A DNA stretch of 40,338 nt, taken from contig JAGRBF010000357.1 in assembly GCA_020434205.1 (NCBI GenBank), forward strand, positions 1 through 40,338, read 5' to 3'. The stretch comes from Calditrichota bacterium (GTDB lineage Bacteria > Calditrichota > Calditrichia > RBG-13-44-9 > J075). Under the pieces are notes generated by a model. The model searched no databases and had not been told where the DNA came from. It saw only the letters and a list, made by a program, of their open reading frames with translations. The translations under genes were made by a program, and so were the position numbers. Shown here in pieces: positions 26,743 to 36,480 of the stretch; positions within the stretch are counted from its first letter, which is position 1, and every line of letters starts with the position of its first letter.

Positions 26743-28896
26743 ATGAAGGTCTTCTTGCGTCGTTTTTTGCTGTTTGTGCTGCTTTTTACCCTGCCCTCCC
26801 TGGCTCAGGATAACCGCATCCGCTACAACAATCAGGATCTATTTCTGAGCGGCTGCAACCTGGCCTGGCTCAATTTCGCCCGCGACATCGGACCCGGGGA
26901 AACCGGCTTTAGCGAGTTCGGCAACATCATGCTGGAAATGCACGACAATGGCGGCAACGCCCTGCGCTGGTGGCTGCACACCAACGGGGTGGTGTCTCCC
27001 GCCTTCGACGGCAACGATCTGGTAACCGGCCCCGGGGCCGGGGCTATCGAAGATCTGCGCACCGTTCTGGATCTGGCCTGGGAGCGGGAAATCGGCCTCA
27101 AGCTGTGCCTGTGGTCTTTTGACATGCTGCGCCTCTCCAACAGTTCGGATATGCTGCGCCGCAACCGTCTGCTGCTGGAGGACACCACCTACACCCGCGC
27201 CTACATCAACAACGCCCTGATTCCCATGGTGGACTCCCTGGCCGGGCATCCCGCCATTATCGCCTGGGAGATCTTCAACGAACCGGAGGGCATGAGCAAC
27301 GAGTTCGGCTGGGCGGACATCGGCCACGTGGCCATGGCGGACATCCAACGCTTTGTCAATCTATGCACCGGGGCCATTCACCGCAGCGATCCCAACGCCC
27401 TGGTTACCAACGGCACCTGGTCCTTTCTGGCCCTCACCGACATCACTACCGGGGCCCGCGAGGAGGCCCAAACCCGACTGGCAACCCTTTCCACCGCCCA
27501 AAAGCGCGATATGGAAAGGCGTTTTACCGCCAAATACGATCTGAAACTTTCCGCCGAAGAGATCATCCATCACTTCGCCAAAGTGGACAGCAATACCAAC
27601 TACTACCGGGACGACCGGCTGATCGCCGCCGGGGGAGATCCGGACGGGGTTCTGGACTTCTACTCCGTGCACTACTACGACTGGGCCGGCACCGCCCTCT
27701 CCCCCTTCCACTGGTCCAAGGGGCGATGGCAGCTCAACAAACCCCTGCTGATCGCGGAATTCCACATGATCGACACCTTCGGGATTCCCAAAACCGAACT
27801 TTTCGAGCGCCTGCATCTGTTCGGATATGCCGGGGCCCTGCCCTGGTCCTGGACGGATAATCAGGTAACCCGCGTGCCCGATATGCTGGCCGGGATGTTG
27901 TCCATGTGGCAGAATCACCGCGCGGATGTGGACGTCCTGGGCATCGGGGGAGACTGGCCGCTGGTAAGCATCACCAGCCCGGACAGCGGGGCGGTTTTCG
28001 GGGACAGCGCCACCGTAGAAATTGTCGCCGACGCCAGCGATGCCGACGGCAGCGTGAGCCTGGTCGAATTTTACGCGGACGACCTCCGTCTCGGCGAAAG
28101 CAGCAGCACTCCCTTCACGTTCTCCTGGAGCGGCATGGCGCCGGGGCAATATTTTCTGAGCGCGGTGGCCACCGATGACGCCGGCCATCAGCGCACCTCC
28201 CGGCGAGTACCCGTCACCATCGGCACCTTAACCCGGGTGCGCCTGGAGGCGGAGGACGCCGAGCTGGCGGGCACTCCCAGCGTCGAAAGCCACCCCCAGG
28301 CCAGCGGAGGACGCTACCTGCGTTTCGGCCAAAACGGGACGGTAACCTACCATATCGCCGGAGTTCCCGCGACGGGCACCTATCAGGTCACCTTGGGATA
28401 CCGCAGTCCTTTCGGGGAAAAAACCCAGTACATCAATGTGAACGGGGTGCGCACCCACACCCTGGTATTTCCGCTCACCAACAACTGGACTGAGATGACC
28501 ATTTCGGTGGACCTTCTGGCGGGCAACAACGAAATTCAGATGGAGCTGTTCTGGGGATGGATGGATCTGGATTATATGGACGTGCCGGCGGGGATCAGCC
28601 TGGTGGCAATCGGCGATCCGGTCGTCTTACCGCAGGATTTTGTTCTGGAGCAAAACTACCCCAACCCCTTCAATCCGGCCACAACCATTGGGTATCACCT
28701 GCCGCAGGCCGGTCGGGTAACCCTCAGCGTCTTCGACCTGCTCGGCCGGGAAATTGCGGTGCTGGAAAGCGGGTTTAAAACGGCGGGCCGCCACACGGTT
28801 CGTTTCGATGGGGAGAATCTGCCCAGCGGGGTCTATTTTTACCGGCTCAGGGCCGGGGAATCGCTTTCGCAAAAACGTATGATTCTGGTGAAATAG
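26743..28896 (+). CDS. Secreted GH5 endo-beta-mannanase-like enzyme with Ig-like domain, CBM6/35-like domain and T9SS C-terminal sorting domain
   Basis: Signal peptide. LSGCNLAWLNFARDIG, acid/base AWEIFNEPEG, VHYYDW and nucleophile-like LLIAEFHM. Ig-like VSITSPDSG...ATDDAGH. CBM-like RLEAEDAEL...GRYLRF...GTYQVTLGYR. T9SS C-terminal domain at 28645-28893. Confidence 0.75.
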   Translation: MKVFLRRFLLFVLLFTLPSLAQDNRIRYNNQDLFLSGCNLAWLNFARDIGPGETGFSEFGNIMLEMHDNGGNALRWWLHTNGVVSPAFDGNDLVTGPGAGAIEDLRTVLDLAWEREIGLKLCLWSFDMLRLSNSSDMLRRNRLLLEDTTYTRAYINNALIPMVDSLAGHPAIIAWEIFNEPEGMSNEFGWADIGHVAMADIQRFVNLCTGAIHRSDPNALVTNGTWSFLALTDITTGAREEAQTRLATLSTAQKRDMERRFTAKYDLKLSAEEIIHHFAKVDSNTNYYRDDRLIAAGGDPDGVLDFYSVHYYDWAGTALSPFHWSKGRWQLNKPLLIAEFHMIDTFGIPKTELFERLHLFGYAGALPWSWTDNQVTRVPDMLAGMLSMWQNHRADVDVLGIGGDWPLVSITSPDSGAVFGDSATVEIVADASDADGSVSLVEFYADDLRLGESSSTPFTFSWSGMAPGQYFLSAVATDDAGHQRTSRRVPVTIGTLTRVRLEAEDAELAGTPSVESHPQASGGRYLRFGQNGTVTYHIAGVPATGTYQVTLGYRSPFGEKTQYINVNGVRTHTLVFPLTNNWTEMTISVDLLAGNNEIQMELFWGWMDLDYMDVPAGISLVAIGDPVVLPQDFVLEQNYPNPFNPATTIGYHLPQAGRVTLSVFDLLGREIAVLESGFKTAGRHTVRFDGENLPSGVYFYRLRAGESLSQKRMILVK

Positions 28897-28904
28897 GGCA
28901 ACCC

Positions 28905-28933
28905 CAGGTCCCGAAGGTGAACATCGGGACCTG
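28905..28933. terminator. Stem-loop between convergent genes (9-bp stem CAGGTCCCG/CGGGACCTG, 11-nt loop)
   Basis: Read directly. There is no U-tract on either strand, so its terminator function is uncertain. Confidence 0.35.
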
Positions 28934-28944
28934 ACATCAACGGT

Positions 28945-30243
28945 TTACTGCTGCGCCTTTTCGATTTTTTTGGCGGCGTCTTTGGCCCGGTCGGTGCCGG
29001 GAAATTTGTCGACCACCATCTGGTAATAAGCAACCGCCCGGGCCGCATCGTTAAGGCGCTTTTCGCAGATTTCCCCTGCGGCGATCAGGCGCTCCGGCAC
29101 CTTTTCGTAGGTGGGATAAAACTCGGCAAGTTTGGCCAGGGATTCCGCCGCCAGGGCATATTCGGAGAGACGGTCCTCGTAGATATCCGCCACCTTTTCC
29201 AGCGCCTCAATCCCCTTGGGGTCGGCGGGGTATTTTTCCACAATCTGGCCGTACAGCTCCACCGCCCCCGGATAATCTTCCAGGCGTCGCTCCCGGATCT
29301 GCGCAGCCCGCCACAACCCTTCCACCGCCTGGGCATTGGCGGGATACTGGGCTACCAGCAACTGGTAATCCGCCACCGCGCCCTGGTAATCCTTCTGTTT
29401 CTCGTCCTTGATTTCCGCAATGGTAAACAGGGCATTCCCGGCCGAGGCGCTGTCCGGATAATCGGAAACCACCCGGCTAAGCAGTTCGATGGCCTTTTCG
29501 GGATTGCGAATCTCCCGGTAGTAAAGTTCCCCCTGCTTGAAGAGCACGTTGGCCAGCTGAGGACTGTTGGGAAAAAGCACCGTGAATTTGGCAAAGATGT
29601 TATTGGCCTCGCGGTGGTCGTTGCTGCTCAGATAAGCCTCCGCCATCCACAGCACCACCTGATCGTTGCGGGAATCGCTGCTGAAACGGCGGAAGAACTC
29701 CCGGCAGGCTTCCACCACCGCTTCACGCATCCCCTTGCTTTCAACCTTCAGCAGGGTGGGGATGTAGCGGATATAAGCGTCGGCGGTGCTGAGGCCGGAA
29801 TAGTCCTGATCCACCAGTTCCTCCAGCCAGTCTTTCTGATCGCGGAAAGCCCGCTCGTTGGCGATGATGGCCCGCATATCGTCCTTGTTGGCGGGCACCA
29901 CCCCGGAATTGGGATACAACATCAGCATTTTCAGGTAGTGGGCCAGGGCCAGCTTTTCCTGCCCCTTTTCCCGGTAGACGCTGGCCAGCATATACTGAAC
30001 CCGCCCGGCGTTGGGATCTTCCGGAAAGAGGGTCAGAAAGTGGGTCAACTCTTCGACCAACAGACTTTGAAGAGACTTGTCGTGTTCGTTGAAGGTGTTG
30101 TCCAGATAGGTGAAATAGCGGTCGGCATTGTATTGGGCGCTCAGGGGAAAGGTTGCCGCCATTACCAATACCAGCAGCAATCCTCCCCTTAGCACCGGGC
30201 GGCAAAACGGGCTTAAGCAAGCCATGGATTCCCCTTTTCCCAT
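28945..30243 (-). CDS. Exported tetratricopeptide-repeat (TPR) protein (YbgF/BamD-like repeats)
   Basis: Signal LLLVLVMAATFPLSAQ followed by repeated TPR-like units (A..Y..G....A...F..L...YP.S). An alternative ATG exists at 30225. Confidence 0.7.
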   Translation of the reverse strand: MGKGESMACLSPFCRPVLRGGLLLVLVMAATFPLSAQYNADRYFTYLDNTFNEHDKSLQSLLVEELTHFLTLFPEDPNAGRVQYMLASVYREKGQEKLALAHYLKMLMLYPNSGVVPANKDDMRAIIANERAFRDQKDWLEELVDQDYSGLSTADAYIRYIPTLLKVESKGMREAVVEACREFFRRFSSDSRNDQVVLWMAEAYLSSNDHREANNIFAKFTVLFPNSPQLANVLFKQGELYYREIRNPEKAIELLSRVVSDYPDSASAGNALFTIAEIKDEKQKDYQGAVADYQLLVAQYPANAQAVEGLWRAAQIRERRLEDYPGAVELYGQIVEKYPADPKGIEALEKVADIYEDRLSEYALAAESLAKLAEFYPTYEKVPERLIAAGEICEKRLNDAARAVAYYQMVVDKFPGTDRAKDAAKKIEKAQQ

Positions 30244-30339
30244 TGGTTGGTGACGGTCGGTTTTGCCTTAAGATCCCAAAACACCCTCACTATTGCAAGG
30301 AACAAAAAAGGCGTTCAGCCCGGAGCGGTCGTTTTTTTC

Positions 30340-31587
30340 TCAACTACCGTACTCGGGTTTCCAGGTTTCCGGCAGGCCGCTGCGCATGGCCTGGTTGGCC
30401 ATATCAACCGCGATGGCCACCTGACAGCCGTTGTCTATATTGGAGCGGGGCGTTTTCCCGTTGCGCACGCAATCGGCAAATTCCAGGAACATGGCGCGGG
30501 TGGCTTCCACATCATCACCGGTATTCTTCTCCACGGTGATGGGAATTCCCTCCCCACTGGCCCAGGCCCGCCGGCTGGCGCTGCTGATGGCGTCCACCGA
30601 GTCGATTTTTTCCTTCTCCAGCACTTCCGCCACCCGCACCGGCTCCGCAAAGAAGAAGGCTTCCTGCCCTTCCTGGTTTTTTACCACGATGGTGCCTTCG
30701 CTGCCCATAAAAATCATTTTTACATCCTCGTAGGCGTTGCTGAGCATGGACTGAAAGCTGGCTTTTACCCCGCCCGGATAATCGAAAATAACGTTGACAT
30801 TATCGTAGGTTTCCCGGCCGTCGCGGTAGAAGTTGATGCCCCCGCTGCCGATCACCCGCTCCGGCAAGGCCCCCAGGACCCAGTTGGTGATATTGATTTG
30901 ATGGGAAAGCAGCTCCGCCATCAGCCCGCCGGAATACTCCCGGTACATCCGCCAGTTAACAATGCGTTCCAGCCCGGGGTCGGAGAGTTCTTCGCGCCAG
31001 TTGGTGTGGAAATTGTAAGTGCCGCGCACCTGGGTCAGCTGACCGATTTTTCCGGCGCGGATCATTTCCCGCACCCGGGCGAAGAGGGGGATCGATTGCC
31101 ACTGGTAGGCCACCTGGAAAACGGTGGAATGGTTTTTGACCGCCGTGGAGAGGGCCAGGGCGTCTCGGGTATTGAGGGTGAGGGTTTTTTGGCAGATGAT
31201 GTGCTTGTGGGCGTCCAGGGCGTCCAGGGCCATGGCGTAATGCAGGTGTTGCGGGGTGCAGATCAGCACCGCATCAAGTTCTTTTTGCCCGAGCAAATCG
31301 CGATAATCCCGGTAGCCTTTGGCCGCCGGATTCGATCCCTCCAACCCGGCCCGGAGATGATCCGGCAGAATGTCGCAGCAGGCCGTCACCCGGATACCGG
31401 GAGTGTTGTGCAAAATCCAGGCTTCGTATGCGCCGCGATCCCCGGTCCCGATCACCCCGATGTTCAGGGTATCATTGGCGGAAACGGTTTTATGGTCCTG
31501 CCCCTTCAGTTGGGCGGAAAGGGCTAAACTACCCAGCGCGGCGGCGCCGGTTCGGATAAATTTACGGCGGGAGTAAAGGGGGGTCAT
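30340..31587 (-). CDS. Tat-exported Gfo/Idh/MocA-family NAD(P)-dependent oxidoreductase
   Basis: Twin-arginine signal SRRKFIRTGAAALGSLALSA, Rossmann NIGVIGTGDRG and a C-terminal GFO_IDH_MocA-type domain. The ATG at 31587 has a GGAGG Shine-Dalgarno that overlaps the track's earlier ATG at 31602. Confidence 0.8.
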   Translation of the reverse strand: MTPLYSRRKFIRTGAAALGSLALSAQLKGQDHKTVSANDTLNIGVIGTGDRGAYEAWILHNTPGIRVTACCDILPDHLRAGLEGSNPAAKGYRDYRDLLGQKELDAVLICTPQHLHYAMALDALDAHKHIICQKTLTLNTRDALALSTAVKNHSTVFQVAYQWQSIPLFARVREMIRAGKIGQLTQVRGTYNFHTNWREELSDPGLERIVNWRMYREYSGGLMAELLSHQINITNWVLGALPERVIGSGGINFYRDGRETYDNVNVIFDYPGGVKASFQSMLSNAYEDVKMIFMGSEGTIVVKNQEGQEAFFFAEPVRVAEVLEKEKIDSVDAISSASRRAWASGEGIPITVEKNTGDDVEATRAMFLEFADCVRNGKTPRSNIDNGCQVAIAVDMANQAMRSGLPETWKPEYGS

Positions 31588-31640
31588 GAAGATGTCCTCC
31601 ATTTAGGGTAAAGGATGATAAAACGGGCGGGCCGCCTCAT

Positions 31641-32885
31641 CTATGGAGTGCTGAGCTCAATCCGCAAGGGTTGGCGCAGGCGGCGCGCGGCGGCGCGAAT
31701 GGCCTCCGCAGATCCGTCCGGACCCACCCTAAACACCAGATAGGCGTTTTGCTCCCGGTAGCGGCTGCCCCGGGGAATCACCATCAGCTGATCGTGCACC
31801 AGGCGCCGGTTCCAGTAAGTGATGCCGTGCAGCCATTCTCCGATTTGGGTATGGGGGGCAAAAACCGGCGAGGGATGTCCGGCGCGGTTCCGGATATCGT
31901 ATTGCAGACGAATGCTGCCGAAGGCGAAACCCTGCTGCCGATTGAAAAAACACAACCACGGGGACTCGTTTTCAATGGGGGCCTTTTTGAGAAGATCGTA
32001 ACGCTCCGCAAGGGGAACCGTTACCACTGTCCCGTCCGGGCGTTCAAAACTCAGGTCGGTAAACATACTATCCATGGTCATTTCATCGTTGCGCAGCAGA
32101 TCCAGAGCCAGATCTTCCTCAAAGGCCATCTCAGAGGAAAACACGAAGTACGGCAATCCGTCCAGAAAGCGATACACCGCGCTGAGGCGAATTTCCGGGT
32201 GAAAGGGCGCCGGGCCTTCCCTTTCGGTCCGGATCAGATAGGGTCCGGTTTCCGTCCGGCTTTGAGCGGGCGGATCCCATGCGGCGATGGTGCGGTAGTA
32301 ATCCAGCTCGGGGCGGTGGAAGTTGGGAGCCCAATGAAGATGGTCCTCCGCGTTGGTGAGCAGTTGATTTATCCCGAGCTTCAGGTGCAGTTCGCGAATC
32401 TGCCCGGAGCGGTTGCCGGTGCTGTCCCCGCCGAATTTCTGGCTGAGGGCCACCCGGTAGAACTGATTTTCCACCTGGCCGGTCAATCCGTCTCCCTCCA
32501 GAGCCAGGCGGGTTTGCGGAACCGGAACGCTGCCCGAATCCACCGCCAGCAGAGTATAAAAGCGCTGTTCGTGTTTATTTACAGACCCCACCGGAAACAA
32601 TCCCCGGAAGGAAATTTGAGCGCTGTCGGAAAGGGACGGGCTTTGTTGATAAATCTGAAGAAAGATCAGCCTGTGGCTACTTTCATCACGGACAACCACC
32701 TGCCTGGCGGGAGGAAGCAGTTCCGGAGGGGCCTGCCAGCCGAAATCCGCATAGGCCAGGGTGCGCTCCAAACCGGCGGTTTCAGTCACGGTCAACTTAC
32801 CCAGCGGGGTTTCCTCCCTTCCGGCCAGGGGATTGGCGCACAAGACGGCCCCCAGGAAAACGAGCTTCCGGACAAATCTTCTCAC
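31641..32885 (-). CDS. Exported hypothetical protein (no family recognised)
   Basis: 414-aa ORF with a GTG start preceded by AGGGGAAGG, and signal-like MRRFVRKLVFLGAVLCANPLAG. It is tightly packed, with its start 14 nt from the upstream stop. No motif I can assign. Confidence 0.55.
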   Translation of the reverse strand: MRRFVRKLVFLGAVLCANPLAGREETPLGKLTVTETAGLERTLAYADFGWQAPPELLPPARQVVVRDESSHRLIFLQIYQQSPSLSDSAQISFRGLFPVGSVNKHEQRFYTLLAVDSGSVPVPQTRLALEGDGLTGQVENQFYRVALSQKFGGDSTGNRSGQIRELHLKLGINQLLTNAEDHLHWAPNFHRPELDYYRTIAAWDPPAQSRTETGPYLIRTEREGPAPFHPEIRLSAVYRFLDGLPYFVFSSEMAFEEDLALDLLRNDEMTMDSMFTDLSFERPDGTVVTVPLAERYDLLKKAPIENESPWLCFFNRQQGFAFGSIRLQYDIRNRAGHPSPVFAPHTQIGEWLHGITYWNRRLVHDQLMVIPRGSRYREQNAYLVFRVGPDGSAEAIRAAARRLRQPLRIELSTP

Positions 32886-32898
32886 GGGCCTTCCCCTT

Positions 32899-34860
32899 TC
32901 AGGGTTTTTGGGGTTCGATCCACACCACCATGCCCTTTTTGATATCGGGCAGGGTCACTTTTTGGCCATCCTTGCCGTTGCGGCTTTTAAGCGGGGTAAC
33001 TTCCCCCATAAAGGGCAGGCAGTAAACCTGGCCCCCGGCTCCGGGAAAGGTGACGGTAACGCCTTTTACCGGTTTTTGGGCGGCGTTCTGTTTGGCGACC
33101 AAACCGGTAAAGTTGCTCAGGAACAGGTGGGGACGACCATCCACCCGGGCGATGGTGGCCGAGACCGTTGAGGGAGCATCCACCCGCATGGCGGGAACGG
33201 ACTTCCGCCGGGCGTCCAGATGCTCAAAAAATTCTTCGCGCAGGGTGGCCACATTTTTGCTTCCCTTGCGCAAAGCCGCATAATACGCCTCGCCCCGGCT
33301 TTGGGCGAGCCTGCCACCGCCTTCTTTGGCCAGATCCGCTATTGCCCGCCCACCTTCCGCGGAAAGGGGGGCGCCGGTTTGGTCGTGGCTGCCGCAGTCT
33401 CCGGCCAACCACAGATCCCCCCCATTTTCCACGAAAGACTTCAGTAATGCGCCCTCCTCCCGGGAAAGGCATTTTACCTCGTCCAGGATGAGGGTTTCTC
33501 CCTTAAAATCCGCCAGGGTGCGCGGGGTTACGATCTGGAATTCGCGGTGTCCCTGCAGAAACAGCATTGCCAGACCCCGGAAAACCGGGATATAGTCGTC
33601 CGCAAAGTAGTTGCGGGTTTGCGGAGAGAAATAGACGCCCACCGGATTAATGGGGGTGCGTGGGCGGTAGAAGGTCTTTTCATGGGTGGCGATCCATTGG
33701 AAGAGGCGGGTGCGGTGGGCCAGATCGTTGGACCCGGACATCACGTGGCCGCGGGCGTCCCAGCAGTTGGCGCCGACCATCACCTGAGCCATCATCAGGT
33801 TGTCCATCGCCTCGGGAATGGGGACCTCCTGGTGATTGTCCCAGGAATAGCTGAGCATCCAGGTGGCTTTGTCCCCCGCGAAAGCCCGGAAGGAAAGCAT
33901 CCCGACCTGGTCGGCGAACCAGTCCAGCGGGCTGCGTTCGGCCGCGGTATAGCCGCCGGCGCTGTATTCATGGGCCACCACGTCCACCACTTCGTACATC
34001 TGGTAAACGTCCGCCCCTACCCGCACCGCGGCTTCTTCGATACCGGGATAAATTTCGGCGATGGTTTTAAAGTCCGGGTTTACCGAGCGCCCGTTCTCCG
34101 CCACTTCGGCCATAAAATCGGTAAGGGTCCGGATGCGAAAATCCACCCAGCGCCGGAAGTTGGGATCGTCAAAATCGCCCAGCTTCAGGTCCGTTTTGGC
34201 ATCCAGCCCGCTGACCGCCTTAAAGGCCGCCCGGGTGTATTCGTCAAAACTGGCCCAGGTATCCTCCCAGCCCTCAAAATGGGTCATCCAATAGGGAATG
34301 TCCACGAAAACCCCGTCGATCCCGGTGGCGGCAATCTGGCGGATGCGCTCCATAAAAAGGGTCCGCCATTCCATGGCATAGGGGGAAATCCACACATCCT
34401 CATCTCCCTCGGCAATCCAGAAGGCGTCTCCCCCGCCGAAGACCGCCGGCCGGCCGTTAATATCCCGCTGCACCCAGTCCGGGTGATCCTTGAAGAAGGT
34501 GTGCGGCTTCTGATCGGCATTGCTGGTGATGGTCTCCAGCCCTTCGGTATAAACGAAGACTTTATTGCCGGCCTGATGAGCGAGGCGGGTAACCTTTTCC
34601 AGAGCGGCCAGCTTTTCGGCAGGGTCCATAAAACTTTCGTAGTAACCGGTGAGGCTGTTGTCCACTTCGATGCCGAAAATATGGGTTTGGGCAGCGCCCG
34701 CCACAATTTCCGCGGCGTTTTCCAGGGTTAGTCCATGTCCGGAAGTGCGGACGTAATGGGTCCAGTTTTGCCCTTCATACCCCTGGCCTTCGCCGCTCTG
34801 GGCCAACAGCCCCACGCTCATAGCGAACAACAGGCTCATTGCCACACGGTTAACACGCAT
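32899..34860 (-). CDS. Secreted TIM-barrel glycoside-hydrolase-like protein with C-terminal GH42-trimerisation/GATase1-like domain (GHL6-like, tentative)
   Basis: Signal MRVNRVAMSLLFAMSVGLLAQ. GIDGVFVDIPYW and ...AEIYPG... resemble GH-like TIM barrels. The tail PVGVYFSPQT...LILDEVKCLS...GGDLWLAGDCG resembles the beta-galactosidase middle domain. The ATG at 34860 follows a GAGGTG Shine-Dalgarno. Confidence 0.45.
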   Translation of the reverse strand: MRVNRVAMSLLFAMSVGLLAQSGEGQGYEGQNWTHYVRTSGHGLTLENAAEIVAGAAQTHIFGIEVDNSLTGYYESFMDPAEKLAALEKVTRLAHQAGNKVFVYTEGLETITSNADQKPHTFFKDHPDWVQRDINGRPAVFGGGDAFWIAEGDEDVWISPYAMEWRTLFMERIRQIAATGIDGVFVDIPYWMTHFEGWEDTWASFDEYTRAAFKAVSGLDAKTDLKLGDFDDPNFRRWVDFRIRTLTDFMAEVAENGRSVNPDFKTIAEIYPGIEEAAVRVGADVYQMYEVVDVVAHEYSAGGYTAAERSPLDWFADQVGMLSFRAFAGDKATWMLSYSWDNHQEVPIPEAMDNLMMAQVMVGANCWDARGHVMSGSNDLAHRTRLFQWIATHEKTFYRPRTPINPVGVYFSPQTRNYFADDYIPVFRGLAMLFLQGHREFQIVTPRTLADFKGETLILDEVKCLSREEGALLKSFVENGGDLWLAGDCGSHDQTGAPLSAEGGRAIADLAKEGGGRLAQSRGEAYYAALRKGSKNVATLREEFFEHLDARRKSVPAMRVDAPSTVSATIARVDGRPHLFLSNFTGLVAKQNAAQKPVKGVTVTFPGAGGQVYCLPFMGEVTPLKSRNGKDGQKVTLPDIKKGMVVWIEPQKP

Positions 34861-34923
34861 ACCCACCTCAATTGGTAAAATGATGTTCTTTGGTTTCCGT
34901 AGATTGCAGACATGAGATCATTC

Positions 34924-36462
34924 TCAGACGTTTTTTTTCAGAGTCAGGGACCCGTCGGGATTGCAGGTTTCCCGGCAGGCCCACTGCACCGGATAACGCT
35001 GCCCTTTCACTTCGATTTCGGCGGCGAGGCGCAACCCTTCCCAGGCGGTCCCCTTCGGCAGCATCAGCATGGCCTGGCGCACCTTGCCACCCGGTAACGG
35101 GAGTCCCGCATCGATTCCCCCGCGGACGTCCACCGCGCCGTCCGTGCTGAAAACCCGCACATACAGCACCCCGGGAACCCCGGCAATTCCGTCGTTCACC
35201 AATCCCAGCACCAGTCCGGGATGGCCTTCTTTTTCGAAATGCCAGATCCATGAGGGGCGCGCCCGGTAGCCCAGCACGGCCCGTAAATCGTCGATGGCCT
35301 CCGGATATTGATCGTAATAATTTTTAATGCGGTCGGCCCGGATGCGATGCCAGTTCCACAGGGACATGTAATTGGGTCCCACGTCTTTGGCGTGATAAAA
35401 TATGTTTTCGGTTCGGGGAACCCCGTCAACCAAACGCAGGGTTTCCGGCCGGCCGTCGGACATCCCGTTTTCGATGGTGGCCCCGATCCAGGCGGGCCGG
35501 TTGCTCAACGCCTCAATCTGACGGTTTTCGATGAAGATGGTGTCGGTGCGCAGCCAGTTGTGGCTGCGGATGGTGCGGTCCAGCAGTTCGGAATTGCCCA
35601 CCCGGCTCCAGTCCGGCTGGGTATTGGTGGTCAGCGGGGTTTTGTCCCAGTTTTTCAGCTGATGTTCGAACATCTCCACGAAAGTATTTTCCGCGGTTTG
35701 ATAATCCGGGAAGGGATTCCCCTCGAAGGGCCAGGTATGTCCTTCCCCCCAAAAGCCGTACATGGCGGTGTCCACGTATTCCACCAGGGGGTGTCCGTTA
35801 TAAATTTCCGCCAGCAGGCTGTCCATCTCCTTAAAGGCTTCCATGAAGCGGGGGTTGTCGTAGCGCGGAGCGTAATGCACCTTGCCGGGAAGTCCGATTT
35901 CGTTGGTGGTGCCCAGGCGCACCATGGGGGTTTTTTCCGCCACAAAATCGGGGGCGGAATGGGGTTCGATTACCGGACTCATCAGCTGAATCCGCAGGCC
36001 CACCCGCTTGTTGTATTTTTCGGCCATCTCGAAGGTAATCTTCCAATGGTCGCAAAAGTCCAGGCGTCCCGGGCGGCTCTGAATATCCCGCCAGTCCAGG
36101 CGGATATACAGTTTGTCGCCCAGGGGCATGGCCGCCAGCTCTTCGATGAGGGCGGCCGTGGTGGCGCCTTCCTTGCGAGGCGGGCCGGCCTCGTCGCAAA
36201 CGTAGGTCACCAGCCCCATTCCAAAGTTGGACAGGGGCTTTTTCGATGGGGTGGTGGTCATGATCACCGAGCTGTCCGGCACCACTTCTTCCGGGGCGTA
36301 GATGGGAAAGGGTCCCTGATTAAGCCGGTTGCTCACCACCGGACCGCTGCCGAAGTCGTAGCCGTGCCAGTTGTGGGCCGGCACGAAGGCCCGGGCGGGG
36401 CGGGTAAGTCCGGCGGCCAGGGCGGCGGCGCCGGCGCTTTTCAAAAAGGTCCGTCGCTTCAT
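34924..36462 (-). CDS. Tat-exported GH42-like/DUF4832-DUF4874-like TIM-barrel protein (putative glycoside hydrolase)
   Basis: Start set at MKRRTFLKSAGAAALAAGLTRPARA (twin-arginine; AGGAG Shine-Dalgarno). YIRLDWRDIQSRPGRLDF and AMYGFWGEGHTW resemble GH42/DUF4832 signatures. The track ORF extends to 36600 without support. Confidence 0.5.
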   Translation of the reverse strand: MKRRTFLKSAGAAALAAGLTRPARAFVPAHNWHGYDFGSGPVVSNRLNQGPFPIYAPEEVVPDSSVIMTTTPSKKPLSNFGMGLVTYVCDEAGPPRKEGATTAALIEELAAMPLGDKLYIRLDWRDIQSRPGRLDFCDHWKITFEMAEKYNKRVGLRIQLMSPVIEPHSAPDFVAEKTPMVRLGTTNEIGLPGKVHYAPRYDNPRFMEAFKEMDSLLAEIYNGHPLVEYVDTAMYGFWGEGHTWPFEGNPFPDYQTAENTFVEMFEHQLKNWDKTPLTTNTQPDWSRVGNSELLDRTIRSHNWLRTDTIFIENRQIEALSNRPAWIGATIENGMSDGRPETLRLVDGVPRTENIFYHAKDVGPNYMSLWNWHRIRADRIKNYYDQYPEAIDDLRAVLGYRARPSWIWHFEKEGHPGLVLGLVNDGIAGVPGVLYVRVFSTDGAVDVRGGIDAGLPLPGGKVRQAMLMLPKGTAWEGLRLAAEIEVKGQRYPVQWACRETCNPDGSLTLKKNV

Positions 36463-36480
36463 CAAAGCTCCTCTTGTTTT

